64,000 nt of DNA from a virus. The position numbers were made by a program, and so were the translations under genes. The stretch is from the IMG/VR virus record IMGVR_UViG_3300045988_105796. The stretch is one strand, 5' to 3'. Under the pieces are notes generated by a model. The model saw only the letters and a program-made list of their open reading frames with translations. It made no database searches and had not been told where the DNA came from. This document shows, one piece after another, positions 18,390 through 26,757 of this stretch. How positions within the stretch are numbered: the stretch's first letter is position 1; every line of letters begins with the position of its first letter.

Positions 18390-18760
18390 TTCATTTCTTT
18401 ATAAATTTTCCTGATAGTTTTAGTAGGTACTTCATATTTAGCAGAAGTCTTCTCTACTATTTTCTTCCTATCAAAACCTTTTCTCTTTAATCCCCTAATA
18501 TATTTCTTAATTGCCTTAACATCTTCGAGGATTTCAAGATCCTTATAATTATTCTCTTCTTCTAATTGTTTACGAGTTTTACCTAATGTCTGAGACATCT
18601 TCAAACAACATAACTCAGAATCTCCACACATCCTACACTCTTTAGTAGTAAGATTATAACCTTTACCAAAGCAAGGATCTTTATCAGTACCGATCTTTGA
18701 TAAATCAAATGGTTCCAGGGGATCATGTTTAAGTAAATCTACTCCTTTACTCTTTTTCAT
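18386..18760 (-). CDS. Hypothetical Cys-cluster protein with basic C-terminus
   Basis: DPCFGKGYNLTTKECRMCGDSELCC, then a Lys/Arg-rich helical tail. No family recognised. Confidence 0.5.
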   Translation of the reverse strand: MKKSKGVDLLKHDPLEPFDLSKIGTDKDPCFGKGYNLTTKECRMCGDSELCCLKMSQTLGKTRKQLEEENNYKDLEILEDVKAIKKYIRGLKRKGFDRKKIVEKTSAKYEVPTKTIRKIYKEMK

Positions 18761-19337
18761 TTTTTATACTTTTAATTCCTTTATTGCAAATAGTTCTTGT
18801 TAAATACTTCTTTCTATCCTCTTGATAGCCTTCTGTATTTGTATATCCACAACATTTCATCTCAGGACAAAACCCTCTATATAAACAGGAAGGTACACAA
18901 TAACGAGCAAGTATAGGCTCTATTTTAGATAGCTCATCTATAACCATATTCCAAGCTAATCTAGTTACTTTATCAGCTCGATTACATAATCTTACCTTAG
19001 ATATGTTAATAAGTTCTTGAGCATTCATATAGAGTATCATATTAACAGGATCTGTTTGTTTTCGTGTAGATCTATCAACTCCAGTTATATCTCCTCTTGA
19101 GGTTGATACAAAAGGCTGAGCATGTACATGTCTTACTAAGTGACCCATGTTACAATAAGGGATATCCTTTATAGTTATCTCAAAATTTAATAACCTCAAA
19201 GGAGAGTGTTCAGCTACTATCATATCTTCCTTAAAATTCTTGGAAGGTTCTTTCATTAAAGGGGCAAGGTTCTGAGTGAACCTTGCTGCATTCAGTACAT
19301 CATTCCAAGATGTTTTACGTATTACGTTTACTTGCAT
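18747..19337 (-). CDS. ThyX-like (flavin-dependent thymidylate synthase family) protein, short and divergent
   Basis: AEHSPLRLLNFEITIKDIPYCNMGHLVRHVHAQPFVSTSRGD matches the ThyX pattern HgSplE...f.i.g.sr....ql.RHR..S....S.RY, but with RHVH in place of RHR. Later NAQELINISKVRLCNRADKVTRLAW matches the n.R.l.hf...R....AQ.EIR pattern. Confidence 0.5.
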   Translation of the reverse strand: MQVNVIRKTSWNDVLNAARFTQNLAPLMKEPSKNFKEDMIVAEHSPLRLLNFEITIKDIPYCNMGHLVRHVHAQPFVSTSRGDITGVDRSTRKQTDPVNMILYMNAQELINISKVRLCNRADKVTRLAWNMVIDELSKIEPILARYCVPSCLYRGFCPEMKCCGYTNTEGYQEDRKKYLTRTICNKGIKSIKNEKE

Positions 19338-19358
19338 TATAAATCTAAAGTTAATATA

Positions 19359-19745
19359 TTAAACAACTTCTATAAGTTTTCTCAAAGCTTTGAACACTTG
19401 GTGATCAGATTTCTTTGAATATAACCAATCCAAAGCCTTTAGTAAACGTTGATCATCCTCTACTGATAGGGTTATGGTTAATTGTCTAAACATATCAGAA
19501 GGTATATCTTCATTAGGATATTTCTTCTGTAGAACCTTCTCTACATATAACCATTGATAGTTAGCCTTCTTAATAAGGTTAAGATTAGTCCTATCCTTCT
19601 CCATCTGAGATTTAATCTTATTACAATCATTTAAGATCTCCTTAAATACTTCTCCATGAAGACCTAATAGGTTCTTTACTCTAGTCAGTGTATCTTTACC
19701 AACTAAACATTCTTCTAGTTTCTTTTCTAGTTCTGTACTTAACAT
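19359..19745 (-). CDS. Hypothetical protein
   Basis: ORF track. Confidence 0.5.
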   Translation of the reverse strand: MLSTELEKKLEECLVGKDTLTRVKNLLGLHGEVFKEILNDCNKIKSQMEKDRTNLNLIKKANYQWLYVEKVLQKKYPNEDIPSDMFRQLTITLSVEDDQRLLKALDWLYSKKSDHQVFKALRKLIEVV

Positions 19746-19747
19746 AA

Positions 19748-20062
19748 TTACTCTTCGTTTAAGTTTTTAATATTTTTTACTATAATTCCTTGGTTTTCTA
19801 TTTCCTGTTGGATATACTTCTCTATCTTCTGAGCTTCTTCATAATTCTCTTCAGATATGAATTGATTCTGTATATCCTTTAACTGTTTTAGGTACAGGGT
19901 ACTTAGATAGTTCTTTATCATGTACTGATTACATAATAATACTCTGTATTTATTATCTAACTCCCGTACCTTATCAAAATAATACTTATGTATATTACTT
20001 AATACTACTAACAGTAATAGATTGAGTATTATAAGAAGTATACTTATGATTGTATTAATCAT
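19748..20062 (-). CDS. Hypothetical membrane-anchored protein
   Basis: N-terminal hydrophobic segment IISILLIILNLLLLVVL followed by a charged helical region. Confidence 0.5.
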   Translation of the reverse strand: MINTIISILLIILNLLLLVVLSNIHKYYFDKVRELDNKYRVLLCNQYMIKNYLSTLYLKQLKDIQNQFISEENYEEAQKIEKYIQQEIENQGIIVKNIKNLNEE

Positions 20063-20146
20063 TGCTTTATTTATTAAATTAATAATATGCTCATTAGCCT
20101 TAAGCTTTATATCTTTCCCTAAAAGAAAAAGATATAATCTATTAGT

Positions 20147-21628
20147 CTATGCCTTAGCCTTGAAAGTATATTTGGTATATAACCTTGCTAGATTAATCAC
20201 TTTCAATTTCTCTTGCCTATAGTATCTAGCTCTCTTTTTAGAATGTCTTCCTAAATATCTACCGGGATATTGAATATCATCTAGATAAACTCTATTCTTA
20301 CCCTCATAGGTTCTTACCAATCGTCCAAGGAATTGTATAGATTTCTCCTGTGAGTTCATCCCTGCTGCATTAATCATATATCTCAGTTTAGGGAAGTTCT
20401 TACCTCTGGCAATGATTGTAGTAGATATTAATATATCTATCCTACCTTCCCTAAAATTTTCCATTATACTTTTTCTTATATTAGCAGGAGTATTTACATG
20501 CACATAAGCAACTTTATATCGTAGATCTAGTGCATTAGATAAATACTTATATAAGTTTTCACAGTGTTTAATATATTTGCAAACTATGAGTGCTGGTAAT
20601 CTACCATAAGTTATATTATATTTTAACCTATCCAATACTACCTTATAAGAATCTTTGTTCTCAATTACATTGGCATCATATTCTTCTTGATATACTTTTA
20701 TCTCTTTATAATTCTTAGGATATAAATCTATACAGGGTACCAGTTTAACTATAGTGTTAGTTGAATGACCAACCTTTATAGAATCCTTTATAGTAAACTT
20801 AAACATCTCTTTACCAAAGAAAGCCTCAAGATTCATATTCTTAAGTTTATCTTTAGCAAGGTTACTCATATAGATGGTACCTGATAAGCCTATTCTTACT
20901 CGAGTATTATATAGGTGAGTTAAAACGGTTTGGTACATTTTACTACCGGCTAAGTCAGCCTCGTCTACTAATACCATATCTACTTTAGCTAACTCATTCT
21001 GGTACTTCTTAATATTACGTGATATAGATTGTACCATTCCTATGCTAAAGTTAGACCAGTTCTCTACCTTACTACCTTGAATAAAGGTTATATTTTCATC
21101 TGGTAAATATTGCTTAAACTCTTTCTGAGATTGTCTTAGCCAATCAGCATCTTGAGTTATCAATAGTGTTTTAAGTTCTCTACCATAACTGTAATATAAA
21201 GAAGACATTAGTAAACTCTTACCAAAGTTAACTGCAGCATTTACTACTCCGATATGAAAAGGTATATCTGCTATCTTATATTTTAAGATATTTTCTAGAG
21301 CCTGTAATTGTTCTTTACGTAAACTATAGTTACCAATGTTTTTAACTATCTTAGCTTTAGGTATAGGTCTTCTAGTATCTATGATTTTAATCTTCAATCC
21401 ATATTCTTTCAACATTTGATAAACCCTTGGTAACATACCTATCTTAAATACTCCATATTTATTTAAGAAGTGTACTTTACCATCCCAGCCTCTAACTTTC
21501 CTCATTAGATAAAAAGCTTGAGGATGTTTGATACTAAGTTCATCATATAACTTTACTGCATACTTTTGAGGTATATCTAATTCACACTCATTGCAGTTTT
21601 TAATAATGATCCTATTCATCTTCATCAT
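20147..21628 (-). CDS. SF2 DEAD/DEAH-box helicase (UvsW / type III Res-like)
   Basis: Walker A VNFGKSLLMS. Motif II MVLVDEADLA. Motif III LSGT. Motif VI QFLGRLVR. Confidence 0.8.
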   Translation of the reverse strand: MMKMNRIIIKNCNECELDIPQKYAVKLYDELSIKHPQAFYLMRKVRGWDGKVHFLNKYGVFKIGMLPRVYQMLKEYGLKIKIIDTRRPIPKAKIVKNIGNYSLRKEQLQALENILKYKIADIPFHIGVVNAAVNFGKSLLMSSLYYSYGRELKTLLITQDADWLRQSQKEFKQYLPDENITFIQGSKVENWSNFSIGMVQSISRNIKKYQNELAKVDMVLVDEADLAGSKMYQTVLTHLYNTRVRIGLSGTIYMSNLAKDKLKNMNLEAFFGKEMFKFTIKDSIKVGHSTNTIVKLVPCIDLYPKNYKEIKVYQEEYDANVIENKDSYKVVLDRLKYNITYGRLPALIVCKYIKHCENLYKYLSNALDLRYKVAYVHVNTPANIRKSIMENFREGRIDILISTTIIARGKNFPKLRYMINAAGMNSQEKSIQFLGRLVRTYEGKNRVYLDDIQYPGRYLGRHSKKRARYYRQEKLKVINLARLYTKYTFKAKA

Positions 21629-22451
21629 TTATTTTATTCCACAAACTACCTTCTATAGCATTGATATAATCTTCCTTAGAAGATTCAGAATGTTTGTACA
21701 TAAACTTAGTGTAATAACCATAAGCCTTATCATTTACTAAGTTCTGAGGTTCTGGCATACCATTACACCAAGCTAATCCTTCAAATTGAGCATCTATCCA
21801 ATTCCTATAATCTATATCTTCTTCGTTACACTTATTAGCTACATCCTTGAAGTAAGCATATAGACTTGGTTGATTGGTATAATCAACTCTAATACCAGTT
21901 CTGTTTACAATGGTTTTACAATAATAATCATGTATCTCTTTAGTAAATTCAGGATCTGAATCTTCTAATAACTCCTGTTTAGATTGATAAGTCTTAGAAA
22001 TTTCTTCAGACATGTTTAATAAGCTGTTAAGATAAGATTTATGATTCCTATTTTTTAATAGGTTTAATCCTGTCTTAATATACTCAATGTAACCTGCTCG
22101 GGTTTCTAATTCAAAATCCTTACAGAAGGTATTACAAATATCGGCTAACTTTTTACAACTTGCCCACAATCTTGGTTGAGATTCTTCTATCTTTCTAACA
22201 CCTTTGAACTTCATACTTACTTGAACAGAGTAGAAGATGTTAGCTGCAAGGTTAGCATCACCCAAGCTTGCTAGAGCAATATTATTAGCTTTCTTTCTAT
22301 TCTTACTGCTTTTAATCAACATAATTCTAGTATTTACAGCACTTTGCTTAGCATTAACGAAAAAATCCTCCACTGGGAAGGATTTTACACCAAGTTCTTT
22401 TAATAATTCCTTGAACTTAGTTTTTGTTATGTGTATACTGGGATCTCTCAT
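21612..22451 (-). CDS. Hypothetical protein
   Basis: ORF track; 17-nt overlap with the helicase gene. No family recognised. Confidence 0.5.
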   Translation of the reverse strand: MRDPSIHITKTKFKELLKELGVKSFPVEDFFVNAKQSAVNTRIMLIKSSKNRKKANNIALASLGDANLAANIFYSVQVSMKFKGVRKIEESQPRLWASCKKLADICNTFCKDFELETRAGYIEYIKTGLNLLKNRNHKSYLNSLLNMSEEISKTYQSKQELLEDSDPEFTKEIHDYYCKTIVNRTGIRVDYTNQPSLYAYFKDVANKCNEEDIDYRNWIDAQFEGLAWCNGMPEPQNLVNDKAYGYYTKFMYKHSESSKEDYINAIEGSLWNKINDEDE

Positions 22452-22681
22452 TATTTATATCCTCGTATTTTATTTACTATTTCTTTATCAGCTCTACAAA
22501 ATATAGTCATACCTAAAGCTGCCGATATAATAGCATAAAGTAGGGTTAATACCACTGATAAGATTCCTTCGGGTATATAGATTACTATTAATAGAATAAC
22601 TCCGAACCAGATCAGTATAGCTAATACACTGATTAAACCTATTAACAGGTTGGTTAAAAATTCTTTAATAAATGATTTCAT
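22451..22681 (-). CDS. Small membrane protein (2 predicted TM segments)
   Basis: LLIGLISVLAILIWFGVILLIVIYI and VVLTLLYAIISAALGMTIF. Confidence 0.5.
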   Translation of the reverse strand: MKSFIKEFLTNLLIGLISVLAILIWFGVILLIVIYIPEGILSVVLTLLYAIISAALGMTIFCRADKEIVNKIRGYK

Positions 22682-22722
22682 ATTATTTTTAATTATTGTT
22701 ATATACTAATATTGGATTTACC

Positions 22723-23676
22723 TCAATCCAAAGAGTTCTTGATTCTAATAAGTTCTTGATAGTCTTGGTATCTAGTGTTATATACTAATTTAAGCACTTC
22801 TGTTTTACCAAGATCATTGCAATCTTTACCATCTGGAAGAAACACTACCTTTACTTTCTTAAAATCTACTAATTTTAAGGCAAGGCTTATAGCATAATGT
22901 TTAGCATCTGGATCAAGTAATATTATAATATGCTCTACTGGAGCTTTAATAATTTCATTTACTTGATAAGCAGATATGGCTTTACCCATAGTAGCTATAC
23001 CTCTTTCACCCATAGTCAAAGCATTGATTGCACCTTCACATAAGTAGACTGACTTATACATTTGCATAGCGTCAAAATTGAATATAAGAAACTCCTTCCC
23101 AAGCCCAGTGATGTCCTTATTTGGATTGTTGTATCTTGGACCTGTTCCCATAACGTTACGGGCATTGTAATAGCGAAGCTCTCCATTGTAGTAAAATGGT
23201 ATAATGAGATACCCAAATAACGGTCCTTCGTTACAGTACCCAATGCCAAGTCTAGACAATCTATCAATTTGAAAACCTCTCTTTCGGATATACCTTTGCA
23301 TTCCAAGAGCCAGTTGACTGGTACCAAAATTGATATTACGGAATCCTTCTGGTAGATATACGGGCTGTTTACTCGGCAACTCGACTTTCTCCTCTTTAAA
23401 CTCCAGTTCATCAAAGTTTCCATTGTTCAAATATTTAATAAGTTCACTATACGTTTCTAAGTTCTCTATATCCATTACCATTTGAGCAGGGTTAGGATGA
23501 GAGTTACATCTGAAACAATTACACCTATATAGAGATAGATTAACTCCCATCTTTTCTTCTCTGCCACAGTATGGACAAACGGGTACTCTTAACCACCCAT
23601 GTTTATACTCAAAAGCTCCTAACCTTTTTATAAAGTAGGAGTACAATTGAGACTTAAATTTAGAGGTTATCTTCAT
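22723..23676 (-). CDS. DNA primase (zinc ribbon + TOPRIM)
   Basis: CPYCGREEKMGVNLSLYRCNCFRCN zinc ribbon. TOPRIM YLCEGAINALTM and IIILLDPDA. Confidence 0.8.
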   Translation of the reverse strand: MKITSKFKSQLYSYFIKRLGAFEYKHGWLRVPVCPYCGREEKMGVNLSLYRCNCFRCNSHPNPAQMVMDIENLETYSELIKYLNNGNFDELEFKEEKVELPSKQPVYLPEGFRNINFGTSQLALGMQRYIRKRGFQIDRLSRLGIGYCNEGPLFGYLIIPFYYNGELRYYNARNVMGTGPRYNNPNKDITGLGKEFLIFNFDAMQMYKSVYLCEGAINALTMGERGIATMGKAISAYQVNEIIKAPVEHIIILLDPDAKHYAISLALKLVDFKKVKVVFLPDGKDCNDLGKTEVLKLVYNTRYQDYQELIRIKNSLD

Positions 23677-23680
23677 ATCA

Positions 23681-23875
23681 TTACCTAGCTCTCTGATAGA
23701 TATCGTTATTCTTATCTACAGCAAATAAACCTAATCTTTCTATTTCAGGATTATTTACAATAGTACTAACGGCAACACAGTGTTCTACACCTTTATACCT
23801 AAAAGTTTTAACCACTGTCCATGATTTTCTGCAACCTTTTAACTTAAAAGTTTTTCCTTTGTGAAATATTCTCAT
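23681..23875 (-). CDS. Hypothetical small protein
   Basis: ORF track. Confidence 0.45.
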   Translation of the reverse strand: MRIFHKGKTFKLKGCRKSWTVVKTFRYKGVEHCVAVSTIVNNPEIERLGLFAVDKNNDIYQRAR

Positions 23876-24093
23876 TTCTGTAATTCTTTGATTTGTTTAC
23901 GTACTATCTTCCTTAAGTCCTTAAGATCTGATAAGGTTAGGTTATTTATAACTAAACCCACGTTATTATGAGAGAATTTTATCTCTACAGATTTAACTCT
24001 TGCCTCCTGTTTATTATCATTAAACAAAAGTTTAGTAGGTTCCCTTTGAATAACCGAAGTTATTTTGTAATATTTTAATTTAGATATCTCCAT
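23872..24093 (-). CDS. Hypothetical small protein
   Basis: ORF track; 4-nt overlaps typical of translational coupling. Confidence 0.45.
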   Translation of the reverse strand: MEISKLKYYKITSVIQREPTKLLFNDNKQEARVKSVEIKFSHNNVGLVINNLTLSDLKDLRKIVRKQIKELQK

Positions 24094-25519
24094 GTTCTAA
24101 TTCTTTAGCTCTTTTAGGATCAGCATTAGGATTCTTATTAGATTTATTAAACGCTTCATCTAATTTATCTCCATATACTTCATCATATTTTTTACGTTGT
24201 TCTATAGTAAATTCCTTAGCTTTTTGTTTCTCTATATCTACATGAAATAAAGCTCTTCCACTTGGTTTACCATCTCTCTGTACCACTAGCTCAAGTCTTT
24301 GGATGTTATCTTTATCCTCTTGATCTGTTGCATTAAGACCATATATAACCTGAACATGTCTTACTATATCTACGCATTTAGCAATATCATTTTCATCATA
24401 TCTAGTAGTTCTATGTTTCTTTCCCTCTCTAGTTATATGGTTTGCAGTCCAAACCATATCTAGATCTTCAGCTTCAGCCATATTTTGAATATCTATAAAT
24501 ACATTAGATATTCTATCAAAATCTTCTCTATCTCCTTGAGTAGAAGCTAACTTAGCTGCATAGTCTATAATAACTACCTTGATATTGATACCTTGTTCTG
24601 CTAGTTTATGTATAAGGTTAGAAATATAATTACAGTTAGTTGCCATTGCAGGAACTCTCTCTATAACCATTTCTACTCCTAATCTTTGTAGTTTACGAGT
24701 ATGACGGGATTCTATGGCATCGTATTCTCCAGAGTATAATTCTGACTTAGTTTTACCGATTGAAGCTTGTATTACACGATCCATGATTTGATCTTTACCA
24801 TTCTCTGTATCAATATATAATACATCTTTCTTCATTCTCAAATATCCTAAGGCTAGATTAACCAAGAAGAAAGTCTTCCTTGCTTTTGGTTTATCCAATA
24901 ATACTCCTACAGAATGAGTTGGAAAACCTCCTGCGTTAGTTAATTTATTCATCTGTCTAAATGGGCAAGGTACTATAGCAGGATCATCCTGTCTCTTAAA
25001 CTGTCTTTCTGCAACATCCCTTACTAAATATAAAGGAGCATCATCCTTCTTTGGTTTGGCTTTTTGAAGGATCTTATCTATCTTATGATAATACTCTTCA
25101 TATTGATGGAAGTCATTTAAGTCGAAACTATCATTGAGATTCTTCATCTCAATAAAGGTAGTAAACTGGTATACCTTTTCTTGTATATAATCCCTATCTT
25201 TTAGATGTACATTGTACAGATTATCTACTATACTAAGTATCTTAGGTACATCTTCTTTGGTTACTAGATCTACATACTCTTTACTTTCTAGTAATTCTTT
25301 AATAACTTCCTTTAATACATTTGCAGAAGGTATTTTATTAGACTTACGTTTAAGGTATTTAACTAGAGCCTCTGCAATTATAGAGTGTTCTATCAATGTT
25401 AAATATCCCGGCTTAATTCTCTTTAATACTAACCTACCTTCTTTATCCTGGATTATAAACCTAAGGATCTCTAATTGAAAGTTAATATCAAAGGTAAATT
25501 TGAACTTTGATTTTTTCAT
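24080..25519 (-). CDS. DnaB-like replicative helicase
   Basis: Degenerate Walker A LLDKPKARKTFFLVNLA. Walker B VVIIDYAAKL. RecA-like C-terminal domain VWTANHITREG. Confidence 0.7.
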   Translation of the reverse strand: MKKSKFKFTFDINFQLEILRFIIQDKEGRLVLKRIKPGYLTLIEHSIIAEALVKYLKRKSNKIPSANVLKEVIKELLESKEYVDLVTKEDVPKILSIVDNLYNVHLKDRDYIQEKVYQFTTFIEMKNLNDSFDLNDFHQYEEYYHKIDKILQKAKPKKDDAPLYLVRDVAERQFKRQDDPAIVPCPFRQMNKLTNAGGFPTHSVGVLLDKPKARKTFFLVNLALGYLRMKKDVLYIDTENGKDQIMDRVIQASIGKTKSELYSGEYDAIESRHTRKLQRLGVEMVIERVPAMATNCNYISNLIHKLAEQGINIKVVIIDYAAKLASTQGDREDFDRISNVFIDIQNMAEAEDLDMVWTANHITREGKKHRTTRYDENDIAKCVDIVRHVQVIYGLNATDQEDKDNIQRLELVVQRDGKPSGRALFHVDIEKQKAKEFTIEQRKKYDEVYGDKLDEAFNKSNKNPNADPKRAKELEHGDI

Positions 25520-25538
25520 TGTCTAGATATAAAGGTGA

Positions 25539-25865
25539 TTAATCATATTTCTCTATTACAGCTGAATTACCACAATAAATTTGTCCTCCATTGCAAACTT
25601 TCGTATGTTTATCAACATAATAAATGCTATAGAGAAATTTTTTCTGTTCACAATCATATTTGATGGATTTAATTACTCCATAAACGACGGTTTTTTCATC
25701 ATTTCTCTTCCTTGTAACTGACACGTAATCTCCTACTTTAAAAGGACAATAATGTGAAACCAATTCACTTACAATAGATTTCTTCTCCTCATATAGTTCA
25801 GAAATCTTTCGTTCTACACTACGTAGCTTTTCTACTATTGTAGTTTCAAGTTCTTCTTTTCTCAT
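25539..25865 (-). CDS. Hypothetical protein
   Basis: ORF track; first gene of the leftward replication block. Confidence 0.5.
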   Translation of the reverse strand: MRKEELETTIVEKLRSVERKISELYEEKKSIVSELVSHYCPFKVGDYVSVTRKRNDEKTVVYGVIKSIKYDCEQKKFLYSIYYVDKHTKVCNGGQIYCGNSAVIEKYD

Positions 25866-25979
25866 TTTCTTGTAGCTGTTTTATTTATGTATTATAATAG
25901 AAATTATAGAAACCAGTATCTTAACTATCTAGAACCACTGACTAATCCTCAGCTCTATGGTTAAATTTCTGAGTATTTA

Positions 25980-26016
25980 TTTGCATATTATATATAAAAT
26001 AATTATATTTGCAAAC
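25980..26016 (+). promoter_or_regulatory. Bacteroidota-type promoter: -33 TTGCAT, 20-nt gap after TTG, -7 TATATTTGCAAA
   Basis: Reads TTTGCATATTATATATAAAATAATTATATTTGCAAA, with 21 nt between the -7 box and the ATG at 26033. Confidence 0.65.
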
Positions 26017-26032
26017 ATATTATAAATAATTA

Positions 26033-26692
26033 ATGAGTATGAATAAAATTATTAGCGACGGTTCAGAAATACATCGTCTTAAACCTATGCAAAAAGGTTA
26101 TGATGTTGAACTTTTTGATAAACTTTTCAAATTAGTTCAACCGGTAATTAGGAATTTAGTAAGAGGAATTGATATTAGAAGGTTTAATATTACTACTGAT
26201 ATCCTTACTTCTCAATTCTATGATAAGATGTTATTCGTTTTTAATAAATATTATGGTACAGTAGATGAAGAACATCTTAAAGCTAATATACTAAGAGCTT
26301 TATCCACTTATAAAAATCATTTATTAAAATATGCCTACAGTGATAAAGCTTCTTTCAATCAAAGTTTAAGATCTTTCGAAGATTTATTTGATGATAGTAA
26401 AGAGGATTTCTCAGATGAAGATGATTCTACTAAAGTTAAAAATGATATGTGGGATATGTTAAATACCTATATGGATAATCATCTATCTTTAGACGCTAAA
26501 TTAGTATGGGAGATGACAGTATCTCCTACTCCCTTTATAGAAGCCAATGCTAAGTTCGGTAGGATTACCAATAGTTTATTAGTAGAATTCTTTAATCTAC
26601 CTAAAAATAGAACTTCAGTTAGGTATATAGGAGAATTAAGAGAAGAAATATCTCAGACACTAGAACAAGCTAAAAAGGATTTAAGATATTAA
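26033..26692 (+). CDS. Sigma-70-family-like (ECF-sized) transcription factor
   Basis: Region-2-like ELFDKLFKLVQPVIRNLVRG...DILTSQFYDKMLFVFNKY. Acidic linker. Region-4-like HTH ITNSLLVEFFNLPKNRTSVRYIGELREEI. Lone plus-strand gene between the replication and structural blocks. Confidence 0.45.
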   Translation: MSMNKIISDGSEIHRLKPMQKGYDVELFDKLFKLVQPVIRNLVRGIDIRRFNITTDILTSQFYDKMLFVFNKYYGTVDEEHLKANILRALSTYKNHLLKYAYSDKASFNQSLRSFEDLFDDSKEDFSDEDDSTKVKNDMWDMLNTYMDNHLSLDAKLVWEMTVSPTPFIEANAKFGRITNSLLVEFFNLPKNRTSVRYIGELREEISQTLEQAKKDLRY

Positions 26693-26702
26693 ACACAATA
26701 AA

Positions 26703-26730
26703 GGGAGGATCCTATTGCTAAGATCCTCCC
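26703..26730. terminator. Hairpin terminator between convergent genes
   Basis: GGGAGGATC-10 nt loop-GATCCTCCC. A T-rich run follows on the minus strand (TTTATTGTGTTT). Confidence 0.6.
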
Positions 26731-26757
26731 AATCAACCTAAACTAAAAACAATCAAA

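Noticed and set aside
23016-23423. 135-aa alternative-frame ORF inside the primase gene
   Set aside because: It is on the same strand in a different frame, within a gene whose zinc-ribbon and TOPRIM motifs are intact across the region. The open frame is explained by locally raised GC.
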